A stretch of 64,000 nucleotides of DNA from positions 19,993 through 83,992 of the forward strand of contig JAJRTN010000002.1 of the NCBI GenBank assembly GCA_024278275.1, in the 5' to 3' direction. Source of the DNA: Candidatus Hydrogenedentota bacterium (GTDB taxonomy: Bacteria > Hydrogenedentota > Hydrogenedentia > Hydrogenedentales > JAJRTN01). Of this stretch, positions 10,236-21,200 are shown piece after piece (position 1 is the first letter of the stretch; every line of letters begins with the position of its first letter). The notes under the pieces were generated by a model, which saw only the letters and a list, made by a program, of their open reading frames with translations, searched no databases and was not told the DNA's origin. A program made the translations under genes and the position numbers.

Positions 10236-10955
10236 ATGATCAAACTTGGTGTGAATGTTGACCACGTGGCCACCCTGCGCGAGGCACGAAAAGGCGTCGA
10301 GCCGGACGTGGTCGAAGCGGCGTTGGTGGCCCAACGGGCCGGTGCTCACCAGATTACCGCCCACCTGCGCCAGGATCGCCGTCACATGCAGGACCGCGAC
10401 ATCCACGCCCTCACGGAAGCGCTGGATATTCACCTGAACCTTGAAATGGCCGCGGTGAAGGAAATCATCGGCATCGCCCACCAGGTCAAGCCCTACACGG
10501 TCTGTCTCGTGCCCGAGAAACGGCAGGAGGTTACCACTGAGGGCGGGCTTGACGTGGCGGGACAGCGGGACTACCTCACCGACGTGGTGGCGGGCATGCA
10601 CGATCACGACATCCGGGTGAGTCTGTTTATTGATCCCGACGCTGCACAGGTAACCGCCAGCGCCGCCACCGGCGCGGATGCCGTGGAACTGCACACGGGG
10701 GCGTACGCCAATGCCGGGGGCGCGGCCGTGGGCGAAGAACTGGCGCGCCTCGAGCGGGCAAGTGCCCTCGTGCGCGAAGCGGGCCTGGCCCTGCACGCCG
10801 GTCATGGGTTGACCGTGGGAAACCTGGCACCGGTTGTACGCATCCCGGGGCTGCGGGAAGTAAACATCGGCCACAGCATTATCGCCCGCGCGATCTTCAT
10901 CGGGCTGGAGGCCGCCGTGGGAGAAATCCTGGAGGCGCTGAAGGCCGGGGAGTAA
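10236..10955 (+). CDS. pdxJ: Pyridoxine 5'-phosphate synthase
   Basis: LGVNVDHVATLR, HLRQDRRH, TTEGGLD, ELHTG, HAGHGL, EVNIGHSII; AAGGAG RBS. Confidence 0.97.
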   Translation: MIKLGVNVDHVATLREARKGVEPDVVEAALVAQRAGAHQITAHLRQDRRHMQDRDIHALTEALDIHLNLEMAAVKEIIGIAHQVKPYTVCLVPEKRQEVTTEGGLDVAGQRDYLTDVVAGMHDHDIRVSLFIDPDAAQVTASAATGADAVELHTGAYANAGGAAVGEELARLERASALVREAGLALHAGHGLTVGNLAPVVRIPGLREVNIGHSIIARAIFIGLEAAVGEILEALKAGE

Positions 10956-11008
10956 GGCGCTCAACCAACCTCCCGATGGGGGCTCCTGTCGCGGTCTCCC
11001 GGGATCAG

Positions 11009-12409
11009 TCAAAAAGACGCCCGCACGTTCGCGTAAATGTTTGAGTCGTCCTCGAATTGACCGAAGAAGGTGTGTTGCGCGATTCCCAGGAAGATATTCG
11101 CGCCGCCCTCCACGATCCAGGTGTCGTTCACCTTGTAGGCTGCCTTTGGCCGCAGATACCCGTCGCCATCGGAGGGGCTGTAAAAGACAAAGAATGACAG
11201 GGTCAGATCCTGGTTCATGAGCAGTTTCGTGAGGCGTACCGTAAAAACATGACGGTTTCTGTCGCGGGCATCGACGAAGAAGGGTAAGGTGTCGCGATAA
11301 TCGTCGTAGTCCATCATGTGCTCAAGGTAGTACTGAAAACCGCCGGTGAACTCCCTGGCCAACTCCTGTTCGTAACCGATGAGCAGGCGGATCTCGCTGT
11401 TGTTGATGAAGGGATTGCCGCCGCCCCGGTCCTGGCGCGAGTCGTAGTACCCCGCCTCGATATTGCCGATACCCTTGCCCACCGTGCCGCGCAGGCTCGC
11501 ACCGTACACGTTCAGCTTCGGAAAAGTGGCCTGCATGGGAAGGAGACGCTGACCGCCGGGGCTTTTCCAGTAGCCGGAATAGGCATAGAGTGCGAACTCG
11601 TAGGCGCCGATGTTGCGGTAGAGGCGCAGGGCGAACTCGTCATCCTGAAACCAGGTGCTGGGCGCGTCGAAATCGGCCTGCTCATCCCGGCCCGACGTGC
11701 GGCCTTTCATGGGGTTGTAGAAACTGATGCGCTCGCCCGTGATGAAGCGATCATGGTCGAATTGGGGGGTGTAGACGAAGTTTACGTTGACCCAATCCGT
11801 GAACAGCCCCACGCGAAGGGCGTCCGACGGGGCTTTCAGGTATTCCTCGTCCCGGCCGGCGAGAAACGATTGCCAGTCTTTCGGAAACATGTCGTTGATG
11901 AAAATGAGGTCGCCCGTGCCCCAGGTCAGAACTTGCCGGCCCATGCGCAGGTCCAGGTTGTCCAGGGGGGACCAGGTGAGCCGCAACCGGCGCAGGTCGA
12001 AATCGGCCTGCTCCAGGACGCCATCAAGCATAAAATCGGCCCGAAGGCCCACCTCGACCGGTCCCCAATCCCGGATGGTCTCCAACTGCAAGCGCGATTC
12101 CGCCAGCGGCGTGTCCTTCGACTGGGCCGGGTCGGACTGGGTGCGCACCCCGGCGCGGGTTTCCCAGAATCCGTGCAGCCCGAGGCGTTCCCTCATCCCT
12201 TCGGAGGGTGGCTTCTTCGCGGAATCGTCGACGATTGTGTCGTCCCCCAGCCCGGCGGGCAGGGCCGGTTCTGCCGTGCCCCCCAGCCCGGCGGGCAGGG
12301 AAGGTTCTTCGCCGCCCAACCCGGCGGGCAGGGCGGGCTCCTCCGCCCATGCGCCCGCAACGATGAGGACCATGGCGAGTACTGTTGTGAAAAATGCTGA
12401 TCGAAACAT
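11009..12409 (-). CDS. Outer-membrane beta-barrel protein (DUF1302-like)
   Basis: Signal peptide, GRQVLTWGTGD motif, amphipathic strands, terminal Phe; downstream of LolA-like and MMPL genes. Confidence 0.7.
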   Translation of the reverse strand: MFRSAFFTTVLAMVLIVAGAWAEEPALPAGLGGEEPSLPAGLGGTAEPALPAGLGDDTIVDDSAKKPPSEGMRERLGLHGFWETRAGVRTQSDPAQSKDTPLAESRLQLETIRDWGPVEVGLRADFMLDGVLEQADFDLRRLRLTWSPLDNLDLRMGRQVLTWGTGDLIFINDMFPKDWQSFLAGRDEEYLKAPSDALRVGLFTDWVNVNFVYTPQFDHDRFITGERISFYNPMKGRTSGRDEQADFDAPSTWFQDDEFALRLYRNIGAYEFALYAYSGYWKSPGGQRLLPMQATFPKLNVYGASLRGTVGKGIGNIEAGYYDSRQDRGGGNPFINNSEIRLLIGYEQELAREFTGGFQYYLEHMMDYDDYRDTLPFFVDARDRNRHVFTVRLTKLLMNQDLTLSFFVFYSPSDGDGYLRPKAAYKVNDTWIVEGGANIFLGIAQHTFFGQFEDDSNIYANVRASF

Positions 12410-12477
12410 GGAAGTTCCTTTTTGCTGATAAGATCAACAAGCGCGTAAAGTGTGCCCTGGCGCGTCCTTGTTCCTCA

Positions 12478-12648
12478 TTATGTGGCACGGCGCCCCCGGC
12501 TGTGGGATCCGTAGGATCTCATCCCAAGGTCACAGCGATGCCAAGGTCCCACAGATGGAAGCAGACATTACCACGACCTACAAGGTGAAGGATTAAACTC
12601 AATTGGAGTCCTGCGGACTCCACAGCCGGGGGCGGCTGTGCCACATAA
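12478..12648. repeat. Palindromic REP/MITE-like element
   Basis: ~40 bp imperfect inverted arms TTATGTGGCAC(G/A)GC..CCCCGGCTGTGG; related copy at 45549-45599. Confidence 0.7.
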
Positions 12649-12789
12649 GAATAGAGCCTCCGGCTCCGGGTATTCGAGCACCCCGACTTTTGCCGGTTCC
12701 GTCTTTGTTCTCGTTCGCACGTGGTGGCACGTTTGGCCTGGTGCGCTGAAGCACACCCTGATACGGGCCGAAGAGCCACTCACATTCTT

Positions 12790-13581
12790 CTACTCCAGAT
12801 ACTTCCTGGGGGCCTTCCGCAGGTAGCGTTCCGTGAAGATCGCTTCGGGCAGCCCGACATCATAGCTCACCGAGGCGTATTCCAACACGGTTTCGCTGCC
12901 GCTGTTCAGGTCTTTCATGCGCGATTTGGTGACGGTTTTGTGCCCCTGGATATCCTCCACCTTCAGCGCCTCGGAAACACGATAGACCGTTCCGTTTTTT
13001 TCGTACTCCACCTTCACGGGGATGAAGGTCGCCTTGTGAATGTACATGGTGTAGGAGTCGAACTCCACCGCGGAAGGGTCCTTCGGCGTGTTTTTCAAGA
13101 CGTAGTAGTTGTTCGTCGTATCGACCAATTCATGGGTGTCTTCATCGAGCCCGCGGCCGGACACGTCTTCGTAAAAGAAATCGGAACCCACGAAACTGGT
13201 GCGTTCGTCGGAAGCCGCGATGCGCTTCACCACGTCCAGGGCGGGCAGATAGAGCCACCGGTCGTCGTCGCCGCCCACGTGCTTCCACACCATGAAGACC
13301 ATCTCGCGCACATCGGCCGGACGGTGGAAGTAGACGTAGAACTTCTGCTCCTCGTCCCTGGTGTCCGTGTTGAGACGAAGGATGGTGAACTCCCGCGTCC
13401 GCGTTCGCCCCTGGCTGTCGGTGATGGTCATCTTCACGCGGGCGCGGCCGTCCTTGCCCTGGTAGTAAACGGCATGGTTCGTCTTCTTCACGATTTCGCC
13501 GACGGAAAGGTCCTGGGCGAAAACGGGCGCGGTCCACAGCGCCGCGATAGCTATCAGAAGTCCAACAAGGCTTGTCTTCAT
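12790..13581 (-). CDS. Outer-membrane lipoprotein-sorting protein (LolA-like)
   Basis: Signal peptide; DDDRWLYLPALDVVKRIA..SFVGSDFFYED motif. Confidence 0.85.
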   Translation of the reverse strand: MKTSLVGLLIAIAALWTAPVFAQDLSVGEIVKKTNHAVYYQGKDGRARVKMTITDSQGRTRTREFTILRLNTDTRDEEQKFYVYFHRPADVREMVFMVWKHVGGDDDRWLYLPALDVVKRIAASDERTSFVGSDFFYEDVSGRGLDEDTHELVDTTNNYYVLKNTPKDPSAVEFDSYTMYIHKATFIPVKVEYEKNGTVYRVSEALKVEDIQGHKTVTKSRMKDLNSGSETVLEYASVSYDVGLPEAIFTERYLRKAPRKYLE

Positions 13582-13597
13582 GAGGTGATCCTCCAGG

Positions 13598-16483
13598 TTA
13601 CTGTTCGTCGTCGATAGGGTCGAGACCGCAACGATAGATTCGGCCCACGATCCAGCAGCCCCCCATCCACGCCACCATGGCGGCAATGGCGGTGCCGGCC
13701 AGCGAGTTGATGCCAAGCCCCATGAATTGATGCACGTTCACCGCCACGAGGGCGGCGAACGCCAGGGCGGCAATGATACAGGTGCCGCGCTGGCAGGCCA
13801 GGGCACGGGGCCGGGTTTTGGGAAAGAGCATGGGCTCGCCCAAATGGATCAATGCGGGTAACAGCAGCAGCGTGGCCGCGCCCGACACGGCCAGGATGGC
13901 GGCCAGGAAGAAACCCACGGTCACGTAGGGCAGCAGCGGCGCGGCCAGCAGGGGCAGGAAACCGATGGCGATAACCAGCACGTTGCGTGTAATGGCGCGG
14001 GCCGGTTCTCCGAACACGTGGGGAGAGGTGGCCGCCCAATGCCCATACTTCTCATAGAGCGCGCGTGTACGGGACAGAAAGTGAATGGCAAAGTCCACCG
14101 CCAGCCCCAGGCTCAACGAGGACAACACCGCCACGGGCATATCGTAATCCTTGCCGATGAGCCCGATAACCCCATAGCTCAGCCCCACAGTCAGGGTGAG
14201 GGGAATCATGGAGAGAATGCCCCACAGGGCAGACCGGTAGAGGATGGTCATCATGAGGAAGACCACCAGGAAACTGCCCAGGAAAGCCTGCAACATGCCC
14301 GAAACCATCTTCTCCTGCCAGATGACGTTGATGTAGGTCAAACCGAACCACCGGGTTTCCAATCCCATGGGAGGCGGGTTTTTCGCCACGAAATCATCCA
14401 GGGAAGCGACCACGGCCGACATGTCCCGGTTGTCGCCGCTGTTGAGCTGAATCCACAGGCTCGACGTGCGGTAATCGGGCGTGACGAAATGCCACAGGTC
14501 GTTGGGCCGGTGGCCGCCCTGGTAGGTGATGAGGCACTCCGCCACGGCGCGCGCCGAGTCGGGTATGCGGTAGTATGCCTCCTTGCCCTCGAACAATTCG
14601 CGGTGTACCGTTTTCACCAGGTCCGCGAGGGAGTTTGACTTGCCCACGACCCCCGTGGCAAGCAGGGCCTCCTGCAGGCGCGCCATGTACCGCAACACCT
14701 CGGGCTGTTTGAAGATCTCGTCGCGCTGACGCTCGCCGTCGATAAAGGCGATAAGGTCGTCCCAGGCGATGTCTTCGCCCACCCCGGCGTCGTCGTATTT
14801 TTTCCGCGCATACGTCTCCCACGCGTCGAGCAGGGCGGTTTTGGTCTCGACGCCGGCCACCAGCGTGCCGAGTTGCTTCTTCGCTTCCGCCGCCACGGCC
14901 GCATATTCGGGCACGTCCCCGGCTTCCTTCCCGGCTTTGGCATCCAGGCGGGCGAACATGCCCTCGGTGTAATCCGAGAGGCTTTCCTGCCTGCCTTCTC
15001 CGGGCGTAAGGGCCAGGTAGGCCATGTAAGTACCCGCGAAGTGCTCGTTCAGCACCTTGTCCGCAATGCGAATCTCGTGCGTCTTCTTAAACCACCGGGT
15101 CGGATTGTCATTGATTTGGATCTGGCTGATGCCGTACACCGAGACGGCCGCCAGCAGAAGCGCCCCCGCCACAATGAACCGCGCGTGGCTGTTTGTGAAC
15201 GCCCCCGACATCCGCAAAATACGGCCCACCAGCGTTGCGTTGGCCGTGTTTTCCTCGTCTTCATGGTTCTTCGCGCCGAAGTTCGCAAGGGTTCTTTCCG
15301 GGAGGAACATGACATACGCCGGGATGAAGGTGATGGTCAGGACCCAGGCCAGCATGATGCCCAGCGAAACAAACACGCCGAAGACCTGTACCGGCGGGAT
15401 GGGGGTTAACGCCAGCGAGGCGAAACCCGCCGCCGAGGTCAGCGAAGTGTAGAGCATGGGCATGTGAAGATCGGCCATAACCGCGGTAATGGTCTTTTTC
15501 CGGTCCCGTGTCTGTTGGTAACGGTCGAAGAAATCCGACAGAATGTGGATGGAGTCCAGCACCGCAATGGGCATAATGAAGATGGGGATCATGCTGCTCA
15601 TGATATGCACCGTGTTGCCGGTGATAATGAGCGCGCCCATGGTGCCGATGACCGAGACGATGGCCACGATCATGGGGGAAATGATCAGGGTCAGTTTGCG
15701 GAAGAAAAAAAGCAGCAGCAGGAAGATTACCAGCATGGCCATGGGCGCCGAGATGCCCATCTGGATGAACATCTCCACGCCAAAGGTGTCCTCCGCCACG
15801 GGCAAGCCGGTGATATGATACTCATCGTCGCCGCCCAGCTCCGCGATTTTCGCCTTCAGCTTGGCCGACACCTCGTAACTCAAATCCTTTGAGCTGAGGG
15901 GAATGTAAAGGGCCACGGCCTTGCCGTCCTCCGACACCAGCGTACCCTCGAGAAAGGGCAGGCGCGCCGCTTTGTCGCGCACGGCCAGGGCCTCTTCATC
16001 CGTTTTGGGCGGATCCTTCATGAGCCATTCGAAGCGCACCTCCCCCAGTCCGCCCGGCTCGATATTGTCCACCGTGGACGGCGCAATAAGGTCCACGCCG
16101 ATGACACCCGCCCGGGGATCGTCCAGCCCCAGCGCCTCGCCCTTGAGGCTCTTCGCGTAGGTGGCCAACGCGTGGATGCGTCCCAGCGAGGCCGCGTTGA
16201 ACACGCCATTGGGGTTCTCATTATTGACCACGCCCACCACCAACATGTCGTAGAGCGACAAGGTCTTTTTCATCCGGTCATGAAACACGCGCACCGGTTC
16301 ATCATGATCCAGCATGTTCTCCGGGTCCGTGTCCACTCTCACCCCGTTCAGGAAGGGTGCCTCGGCGGGCCATAAAGAAGGCACCGCCACCATGGCAACA
16401 ATGATGATGGAGGTCACCAGCATCACCCCGGCCACCACCCACGGCCGTCGGGTCACAAACGCGGTTATCCGTTCACTTGACAT
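13598..16483 (-). CDS. MMPL/RND family inner-membrane transporter
   Basis: Two TM+periplasmic repeats; PIAVLDSIH, TSLTSAAGFASL, GLAVDFAIH. Confidence 0.9.
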   Translation of the reverse strand: MSSERITAFVTRRPWVVAGVMLVTSIIIVAMVAVPSLWPAEAPFLNGVRVDTDPENMLDHDEPVRVFHDRMKKTLSLYDMLVVGVVNNENPNGVFNAASLGRIHALATYAKSLKGEALGLDDPRAGVIGVDLIAPSTVDNIEPGGLGEVRFEWLMKDPPKTDEEALAVRDKAARLPFLEGTLVSEDGKAVALYIPLSSKDLSYEVSAKLKAKIAELGGDDEYHITGLPVAEDTFGVEMFIQMGISAPMAMLVIFLLLLFFFRKLTLIISPMIVAIVSVIGTMGALIITGNTVHIMSSMIPIFIMPIAVLDSIHILSDFFDRYQQTRDRKKTITAVMADLHMPMLYTSLTSAAGFASLALTPIPPVQVFGVFVSLGIMLAWVLTITFIPAYVMFLPERTLANFGAKNHEDEENTANATLVGRILRMSGAFTNSHARFIVAGALLLAAVSVYGISQIQINDNPTRWFKKTHEIRIADKVLNEHFAGTYMAYLALTPGEGRQESLSDYTEGMFARLDAKAGKEAGDVPEYAAVAAEAKKQLGTLVAGVETKTALLDAWETYARKKYDDAGVGEDIAWDDLIAFIDGERQRDEIFKQPEVLRYMARLQEALLATGVVGKSNSLADLVKTVHRELFEGKEAYYRIPDSARAVAECLITYQGGHRPNDLWHFVTPDYRTSSLWIQLNSGDNRDMSAVVASLDDFVAKNPPPMGLETRWFGLTYINVIWQEKMVSGMLQAFLGSFLVVFLMMTILYRSALWGILSMIPLTLTVGLSYGVIGLIGKDYDMPVAVLSSLSLGLAVDFAIHFLSRTRALYEKYGHWAATSPHVFGEPARAITRNVLVIAIGFLPLLAAPLLPYVTVGFFLAAILAVSGAATLLLLPALIHLGEPMLFPKTRPRALACQRGTCIIAALAFAALVAVNVHQFMGLGINSLAGTAIAAMVAWMGGCWIVGRIYRCGLDPIDDEQ

Positions 16484-16542
16484 GGCTCTTACACTCCTTG
16501 CATGGAATCTGCGGTATTGCCTTGAAAAACAACAGCGGGCCC

Positions 16543-16866
16543 TCAGGAGGCGGAATCCGTTTCGCCGTAATGACACTGCACGCAGGCCATAATGCCCACC
16601 AGGCCCTCGGAAGCCGCCCGGTAATAGATGCACCGGCCCCGGCGCTCAAAGGCAAGCAAACCCCGGTCCTTCATCAATCGCAAGTGCTCGGAAGCCATAT
16701 GGCTCGGAATCCCGCAGGCCTCCGCCAATTCGCCCACCGTATGCTCCTGCTTCAACAGGAGCTGCACCATGTGCAACCGGTGCGGGTGCGCCAGGGTTTT
16801 CAGGCACTCCGCCGCCCGCGTGAGGCCTTCCATGTCCACTAGCTCCGCTGGCCTGAGTTTGCTCAT
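16543..16866 (-). CDS. ArsR/SmtB family transcriptional repressor
   Basis: LKTLAHPHRL..VGELAE..ASEHLRLM..RGLL..ERRGRCIYY. Confidence 0.9.
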   Translation of the reverse strand: MSKLRPAELVDMEGLTRAAECLKTLAHPHRLHMVQLLLKQEHTVGELAEACGIPSHMASEHLRLMKDRGLLAFERRGRCIYYRAASEGLVGIMACVQCHYGETDSAS

Positions 16867-16890
16867 CCTTTCCGTCCCTCCATCACACTC

Positions 16891-16920
16891 ATTATATATC
16901 GGGACATTTAGATATGTCAA
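16891..16920 (-). promoter_or_regulatory. Promoter with an overlapping palindromic ArsR operator
   Basis: TTGACA (16920-16915), 18 bp, TATAAT (16896-16891); ATATC-N10-GATAT palindrome in the spacer. Confidence 0.7.
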
Positions 16921-16997
16921 ACTCTGGCGGGGCGCTGATTATTCCCCGCCCGGTGCTTCGGTGGACCGTATGGACGAAGGGGGGACGGTCTTTCTGT

Positions 16998-18092
16998 TTA
17001 CGCCCCGTAGTTCCGCCCTTCATCGACCATGGCAAGGTAGTTATCCACAGGAATGTAATTGGCCACGCTGTTACCGGTCCCGAGGCAGTAGCCACCGCCG
17101 GGTTGGCACACGTCAAGGGTTTCGCGCACGCGCCGGCGAACGGCGGTTTCGTCGTGGCGGCACATGAAGTCCACGTCAATGCCCCCCAGCAGGGCCAGCC
17201 GATCCCCATAGCGTGCTTTGTTGTCCGTCACCTTCTCGATGGTATCCTCGAAAGAATGCTTGCCGTCGATCTTCACGTCGTTGAGGAGATCGGGCATGAT
17301 GGCTTCCAGGTTGCCGCAGGAGTGAAGAATGTAAGGAAGACCGGCGGCGTGGGACATTTCGGCCATGCGCTTGTGTCCGGGCAACACGAATTCGCGCATG
17401 TCGTCCGGGCTGATGAGGGTTCCCATGCGGAAGCCCATGTCGTCGCTGCCCCAGACAATCTTCACGCGGTCGAACTCGAGAAGCCGGGCGAGAAAAATTT
17501 CATAGTGATCATTGAGCCGCCTGGCAATGGCTTCGACGAGGTCGCGTTGCTCACAGAGCGCGACACAGAGGGTTTCGTAGCCCATGAGCCAGGTGAGGAA
17601 CTCGGCGAAATGAGCGAAGCCCCCGCTTCCCACGACGCACATATTGTCCGGCAGGTTTTTTCCGTACCACTCCAGCATACGCGTGCTTCCCTTGGCCGCG
17701 TCGGGCCAGGGATAACGCTCGAAGGATTCCCAATCGGTGATGGGGCCCTGGTGGCTGTCCACGAAACTTCGCCCGTCGGCACGGGCCAGGCCGGCCACGT
17801 CGTCGGTTTGGTGATAATTCATCGGCCATTCGAGCCCCTCCAGGCTGCACCGCACGAAGTCATAGCCAAGGAAAGACTGGAGACGGATCTGTTTCTTTCC
17901 CTCGAAGAACGGGTCGGTTGCGTCCAATCCGTCAAGCAGGTCGAAGCGCCCGCAAATGGCGTCCTGCACCTCCGCGTCCAGGAAGAGCTCGATATGATGC
18001 ACCCGCTTCGGTGTGCCCTCCCGGCGAATGCAGGCCACCAGTTCTTCCCAATCCGGCGTGACCTCCGTGGCAAAGTTCGTAAACATGATCAA
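16998..18092 (-). CDS. Uroporphyrinogen decarboxylase-family (MtaA/CmuA-like) protein
   Basis: WGSDDMG, ILHSCGN, LLGGIDVD, GYCLGTGNSVANY. Confidence 0.85.
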   Translation of the reverse strand: MIMFTNFATEVTPDWEELVACIRREGTPKRVHHIELFLDAEVQDAICGRFDLLDGLDATDPFFEGKKQIRLQSFLGYDFVRCSLEGLEWPMNYHQTDDVAGLARADGRSFVDSHQGPITDWESFERYPWPDAAKGSTRMLEWYGKNLPDNMCVVGSGGFAHFAEFLTWLMGYETLCVALCEQRDLVEAIARRLNDHYEIFLARLLEFDRVKIVWGSDDMGFRMGTLISPDDMREFVLPGHKRMAEMSHAAGLPYILHSCGNLEAIMPDLLNDVKIDGKHSFEDTIEKVTDNKARYGDRLALLGGIDVDFMCRHDETAVRRRVRETLDVCQPGGGYCLGTGNSVANYIPVDNYLAMVDEGRNYGA

Positions 18093-18256
18093 GCTCCTTT
18101 TCCTTCCTACAGGGATAGTGACAGGGGTATGTTGAACGGCGGGAACCGTGCCATTATCCGCGAAGCATCCCGGTGCCGCAAGTCCGTAATCCGGAAAGCC
18201 GGCGCACGGCCTGGAGCCGTGCGCCGGCGGAACAGAAGGGATTGCGCGTCATGAAC

Positions 18257-21200
18257 TCATGGCGTGGGTTCCGGCGAGGCGTAGACCGTCACGTTGTCCA
18301 CCGCGAAGCCCGGGAGGAAGTTGATGTTCTGATCACCGGAATCAAAGAGGAACTGTACGTTGATGTCGGAACCCCGGAAGCGGGAGATGTCGATGACCGC
18401 CGTGTACCAGTTCACCACGGAACCGGGAGGAAGGATTTTCGCCTGGCCTCCATCGGGGATGGGAGCATCATCGCAAAGTTGGAAGATAACGGCTTTCACG
18501 ACACCCGCGCCGTCGCTGTTGTCGGCCAGGGTTTCAAAGCCACTGCCGGACTCGAAGACAAGCACCGCGGCGTAGTCCGTCGTGCTGCCGGAAGCGCCTT
18601 CCGTGATGAGGAAATAATTGAACACGAGCGTCGCGGTCCCCGCGCCACCCGGCAGGGAAATGGTGGGCGAGGTGGCCAGTCCGCCCGTCGCCTGCCCCGT
18701 ATCATAGTCGCATGTGTCGTCCTGGCCGAAATAGAGCATGGTGGGGGTGCCGTCGATGGCGTTGGGCCCGTAACACGCCGCCGAGCGGTGCCACAGTCCG
18801 TTGCCGCTGCCCGCGGTGTTGTCCAGAATGAAGCCGTCGAGATCCACCTCAAAGCCGGCCTGGTAGACCAGGGCGCCCCGAGGCAAACCGCCGTCGGGAC
18901 AAACGGTCCCGTTCTCCAGTGGGCAAATACCCTCGATAAACACCGTCCGAATGGATTCACCCGTGTTGCCCGCGTTATCCGTGGAACGATAGATGACCTG
19001 GTACTCTCCGCGTGTCTGCATGTTCACGCCGGACACGTCGATCTGAACCACGGTCTCTCCATCGCATTGGTCGATGGCGGTTGCGCCGGGAATCAGGAGA
19101 TATCCCCCACAATTCAGGTGGAGTGGTCCCGGATCAACCTGGGTAATCTCCGGTGGAATCGTGTCCTCGACGATAACCGTACGCGTGCGCGAAGCGGTAT
19201 TGCCCGCGGCATCGGTAGCCGTGTAGACCACCAGGAAGCTGCCGGTGACGCTGGTGTTTTCGTCGATGACATTTATCTCCAGGAAGGGATCAGGATCACA
19301 GTTGTCTTCGGCCACGGCACCCAGTTCCTCGTAAGACGTCCCGCATTCAACGGTCTGCACCGAGGGGCCGATGAAGGTTATGCCTGGCGGCGTCGTGTCT
19401 TCCACCACCACCGTTCGGCTTCCCGTGGCCGTGTTCCCCGCGCCGTCCGACACACTGAACCCGACGGCGTACGTACCGGGTACGGTCGTGTCCACCTGGC
19501 TGTCATCAATGGTTACATTGTTCAGGTCGCCTTCGCAGGTGTCGGTCGCCACGGCACCCGGGTCGACATAGGGATCGCCGCACTCCACGGTGAGAGGATC
19601 CGCCCCAAGAATCTCCAGCACCGGTGGAGTGGTGTCCTCGACGATGACCGTGAGTTCCACGGTGCCCGTGTTTCCGGCGCCATCGGTGGCGGAATAGGTT
19701 ACCGTGTAGGTGCCGGGCGCAAACAGGTCCAGGCCGCCCGTGTCCCGGTCGACCGGGATGGGGGTCTGCGTGTCGCACGTGTCGGTGGCGGACGCGCCCG
19801 GTATGGGCGTATTGCTTCCACACTCGATATGAAGCGGGGGACCATCGAATGGCTCAAGTTCGATATCCGGCGTCGTCGTGTCTTCCACGGTCACGGTTCT
19901 CGTGACCGGATCGGCCTCGGCCCCGAAAATATCCGAGGCGGTATAGGTGAGCGTGTACTCGCCCGGCGTGCCCGCATCGACCGTGCCGCTGATGTTCAAG
20001 CGATGGCTGATATCACCACTCTCGGGATCGCTGACAACAGCACCCGCTTCTTGATAGGGGGTGCCACATTCCAACGTGAGGGCCCCGTCGCCGATAAGCG
20101 TGATCGTGGGCGGCTGGTTGACCGCCGTAATCACCACGCCGTCGGGCAGACTGTCCACCGTGCCGTCGTTCACAATAAGCTGGAACACGTAGTCGCCGGG
20201 CGCCTCGGGGAAGAAGGACGGGGTGGGCGAAGTCACGTCGTCCAGAATAAAGTCGAAGGGGCCGGCTTTTTCCTGCTGATCCCCGCCGAGAGGAACAGAC
20301 AACACGCTCCATCGATAGGTAAGCGGGTCATTGTCCACGTCGAAGCTGCCCGTGCCGTCCAGCATGACATCGTCGGTGATGGGCACCTCGCGATCAGGCC
20401 CGGCGTCGGCCACCGGCGGCGTGTTCTCCGTGGTCACCTGCACCGTGTCCGGCGCGCTGTCCGCCGTACCGTCGTTCACGATGAGTTGCAGCACGTAGGT
20501 GCCCGCCACATCGATGATAAAGGACGGTGTCGCCGTGTCCGCACCCACGAGTTGCGCGGTGCTTTTCGCCGGCCCGCCCTGCTCCGGTTTCGACAGGAAG
20601 CTCCAGGAATAAGTCAGGGGGTCGTTGTCCACGTCGAAGCTGGCCGTGCCGTCCAGGGTAATGGTATCGAACACGCGGCCGGTCTGATCGGCCCCCGCGT
20701 CGGCCACGGGCGGGGTGTTCTCCGTGGTGACCACCACCGTGTCCGGCACACTGTCCACGGTGCCGTCATTCACGACCAGTTGGAAGATGTACGTGCCCCC
20801 GGCTTCAATCGTGAAGAACGGCTGCACCGCCGTGGCGTCGTTCAACAGTGCCGACGGGTCGGCCACGCCATCGGGCGAAGAAACAACACTCCATGCGAAA
20901 ATGAGGGAATCACCATCCACGTCGGAACTGCCGCTGCCGTCCAGGGTGATGGTGTCAAACACGCGACCGGACTGATCCGGGCCGGCGTCGGCCACGGGCG
21001 GGCTGTTTTCCGTGGTGATCACCACCGTGTCCGGCGCGCTGTCCACCGTGCCATCGTTTACGATGAGCTGCACCACGTAAGTACCGGGCAGATCAATGAC
21101 GAAAGTCGGCGTGGGCGAGGCTGGGTTGCTCAGGGTGGCCGTGCTTTGATCAGGGCTTACCCCGGGCACGGAGAGGAAGCTCCAGGCGTAGGTCAGGGGA

